Source: an uncultured Gemmatimonadales bacterium (lineage in GTDB: Bacteria; Gemmatimonadota; Gemmatimonadetes; Gemmatimonadales; GWC2-71-9). From it: 64,000 bases of DNA. A model generated the notes under the pieces. That model made no database searches. It was not told the origin of the DNA and saw only the letters and a program-made list of their open reading frames with translations. Positions 63,235 through 64,000 of the stretch are shown here, one piece after another; within the stretch, counting starts at the first letter, position 1; each line of letters begins with the position of its first letter. The stretch covers positions 256,001-320,000 of the forward strand of contig CAVUAK010000002.1 in NCBI GenBank assembly GCA_963739455.1. The letters run 5' to 3'. The translations under genes were made by a program, and so were the position numbers.

Positions 63235-64000
63235 GGGACGTGAGGACGTGAAGACGTGAGGACCTGATGTGTCGCCAGCAACTCGCGAGCGTGCTTCCGC
63301 ACGGTGTCACTCTCCGGCGCCGCCGAGCATCCGCGCCACTTCGAGCACCCGGTCCTCGCCGTGAATCGTCGCGACATCACTCGTTGCGACGCCGCGCTTC
63401 GCCGCCTTGGAGACGACGAGATGCTGGTCGGCGCGAGCGGCGATCTGCGGCAGGTGCGTGATGACCAGCACCTGGTGACGTTCGGCCACCTCAGCGAGGG
63501 CCTCACCGACCTGGACGCCGATCTCGCCACCAATGCCCTGGTCGACTTCGTCGAAGACCAGCGTCGGTACGTGGTCCTGTTTCGCCAGCACGACCTTGAG
63601 CGCGAGCATGAGACGTGAGAGTTCGCCGCCGGACGCGACCTTGGCGAGCAGTCGCTCCTCGAGGCCGGCGTTGAGCTGCACCATGAACGCCGCGGTCTCC
63701 TGCCCGAATGCGTGCGGCACCGAGAGTCGCTCGAGCGCCGCCCGGAAGCGGCCGCCCAGGAAGTCCGAGGCGCGGAAGCCATTTGTTCACCGCGCGCGCC
63801 AACCGGTCGGTGGCCGCGGTACGCCGCGCCGACAGCTGCTCCACGGCGTCATGGCAGCGCCGCCTCGGCCGCCAGGCGCCGCGCAGCCAAGGGCGCGCAG
63901 GTCGAGTTCGGCCGTGTCGAGCAGGTCCAGTTCTGCGGCCGCGGCGGCGCGCGTGTCGAGGACGGCCGCCGAGTCGGCGCCATGCTTCTGGAAGAGCCCG
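63231..64000 (-). CDS. recN: DNA repair protein RecN, C-terminal part (partial, frame breaks)
   Basis: KVASGGELSRLMLALK, LVFDEVDQGIGG, QVLVITHLPQIAA, EVARMLGG. Confidence 0.92.
63241..63264. repeat. Octamer tandem repeat, 3 units
   Basis: TGAGGACG TGAAGACG TGAGGACC at the recN/hslR junction. Confidence 0.55.

Noticed and set aside
1..64000. CRISPR array, IS element, integrase, prophage or defence system
   Set aside because: I saw no spaced direct repeats and no transposase, integrase, phage or nuclease motifs by eye. The short tandem repeats have no spacers.

Overview
High-GC bacterial chromosome segment, probably Gemmatimonadota (inferred from protein style and gene order; no search was run). 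Most of the window is core genes on the minus strand: recN, hslR, galK, tRNA-Leu(UAA), tyrA-aroA-cmk, rpsA, an acyl-CoA carboxylase cluster, rplM-rpsI, rpsB-tsf-pyrH-frr-uppS-cdsA-dxr-rseP, rpsO-pnp-M16 peptidase-ald-dut, mreBCD-mrdA-rodA, accD-folC-hisS-proS-lysA-guaA, and dusB-corA-diguanylate cyclase. There are three accessory patches: about 5.9-10.3 kb (membrane proteins, Ser/Thr kinase, lipoprotein), 43.9-48.9 kb (FGE, membrane protein and beta-barrel around rpsA), and 52-60 kb (pilin pair, glgX, second rpsD module, ars operon, TMEM175). More than 20 genes, including essential ones, carry 1-nt frame breaks. I read these as uncorrected long-read indels, so coordinates near the breaks are approximate. 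The most notable signals are: (1) a stand-alone S4 lacking the Zn-ribbon cysteines, coupled to a small CxCxxxH protein behind a Fur/Zur-type palindrome; (2) a Burkholderiales-like guaA coupled to the native lysA; (3) an arsR-arsM-arsN2-aquaporin-arsC operon with two ATCAA-N6-TTGAT operators; (4) recurrent leaderless-type promoters and short 7-8-nt tandem repeats at gene junctions. I saw no integrase, transposase, CRISPR array or rRNA.
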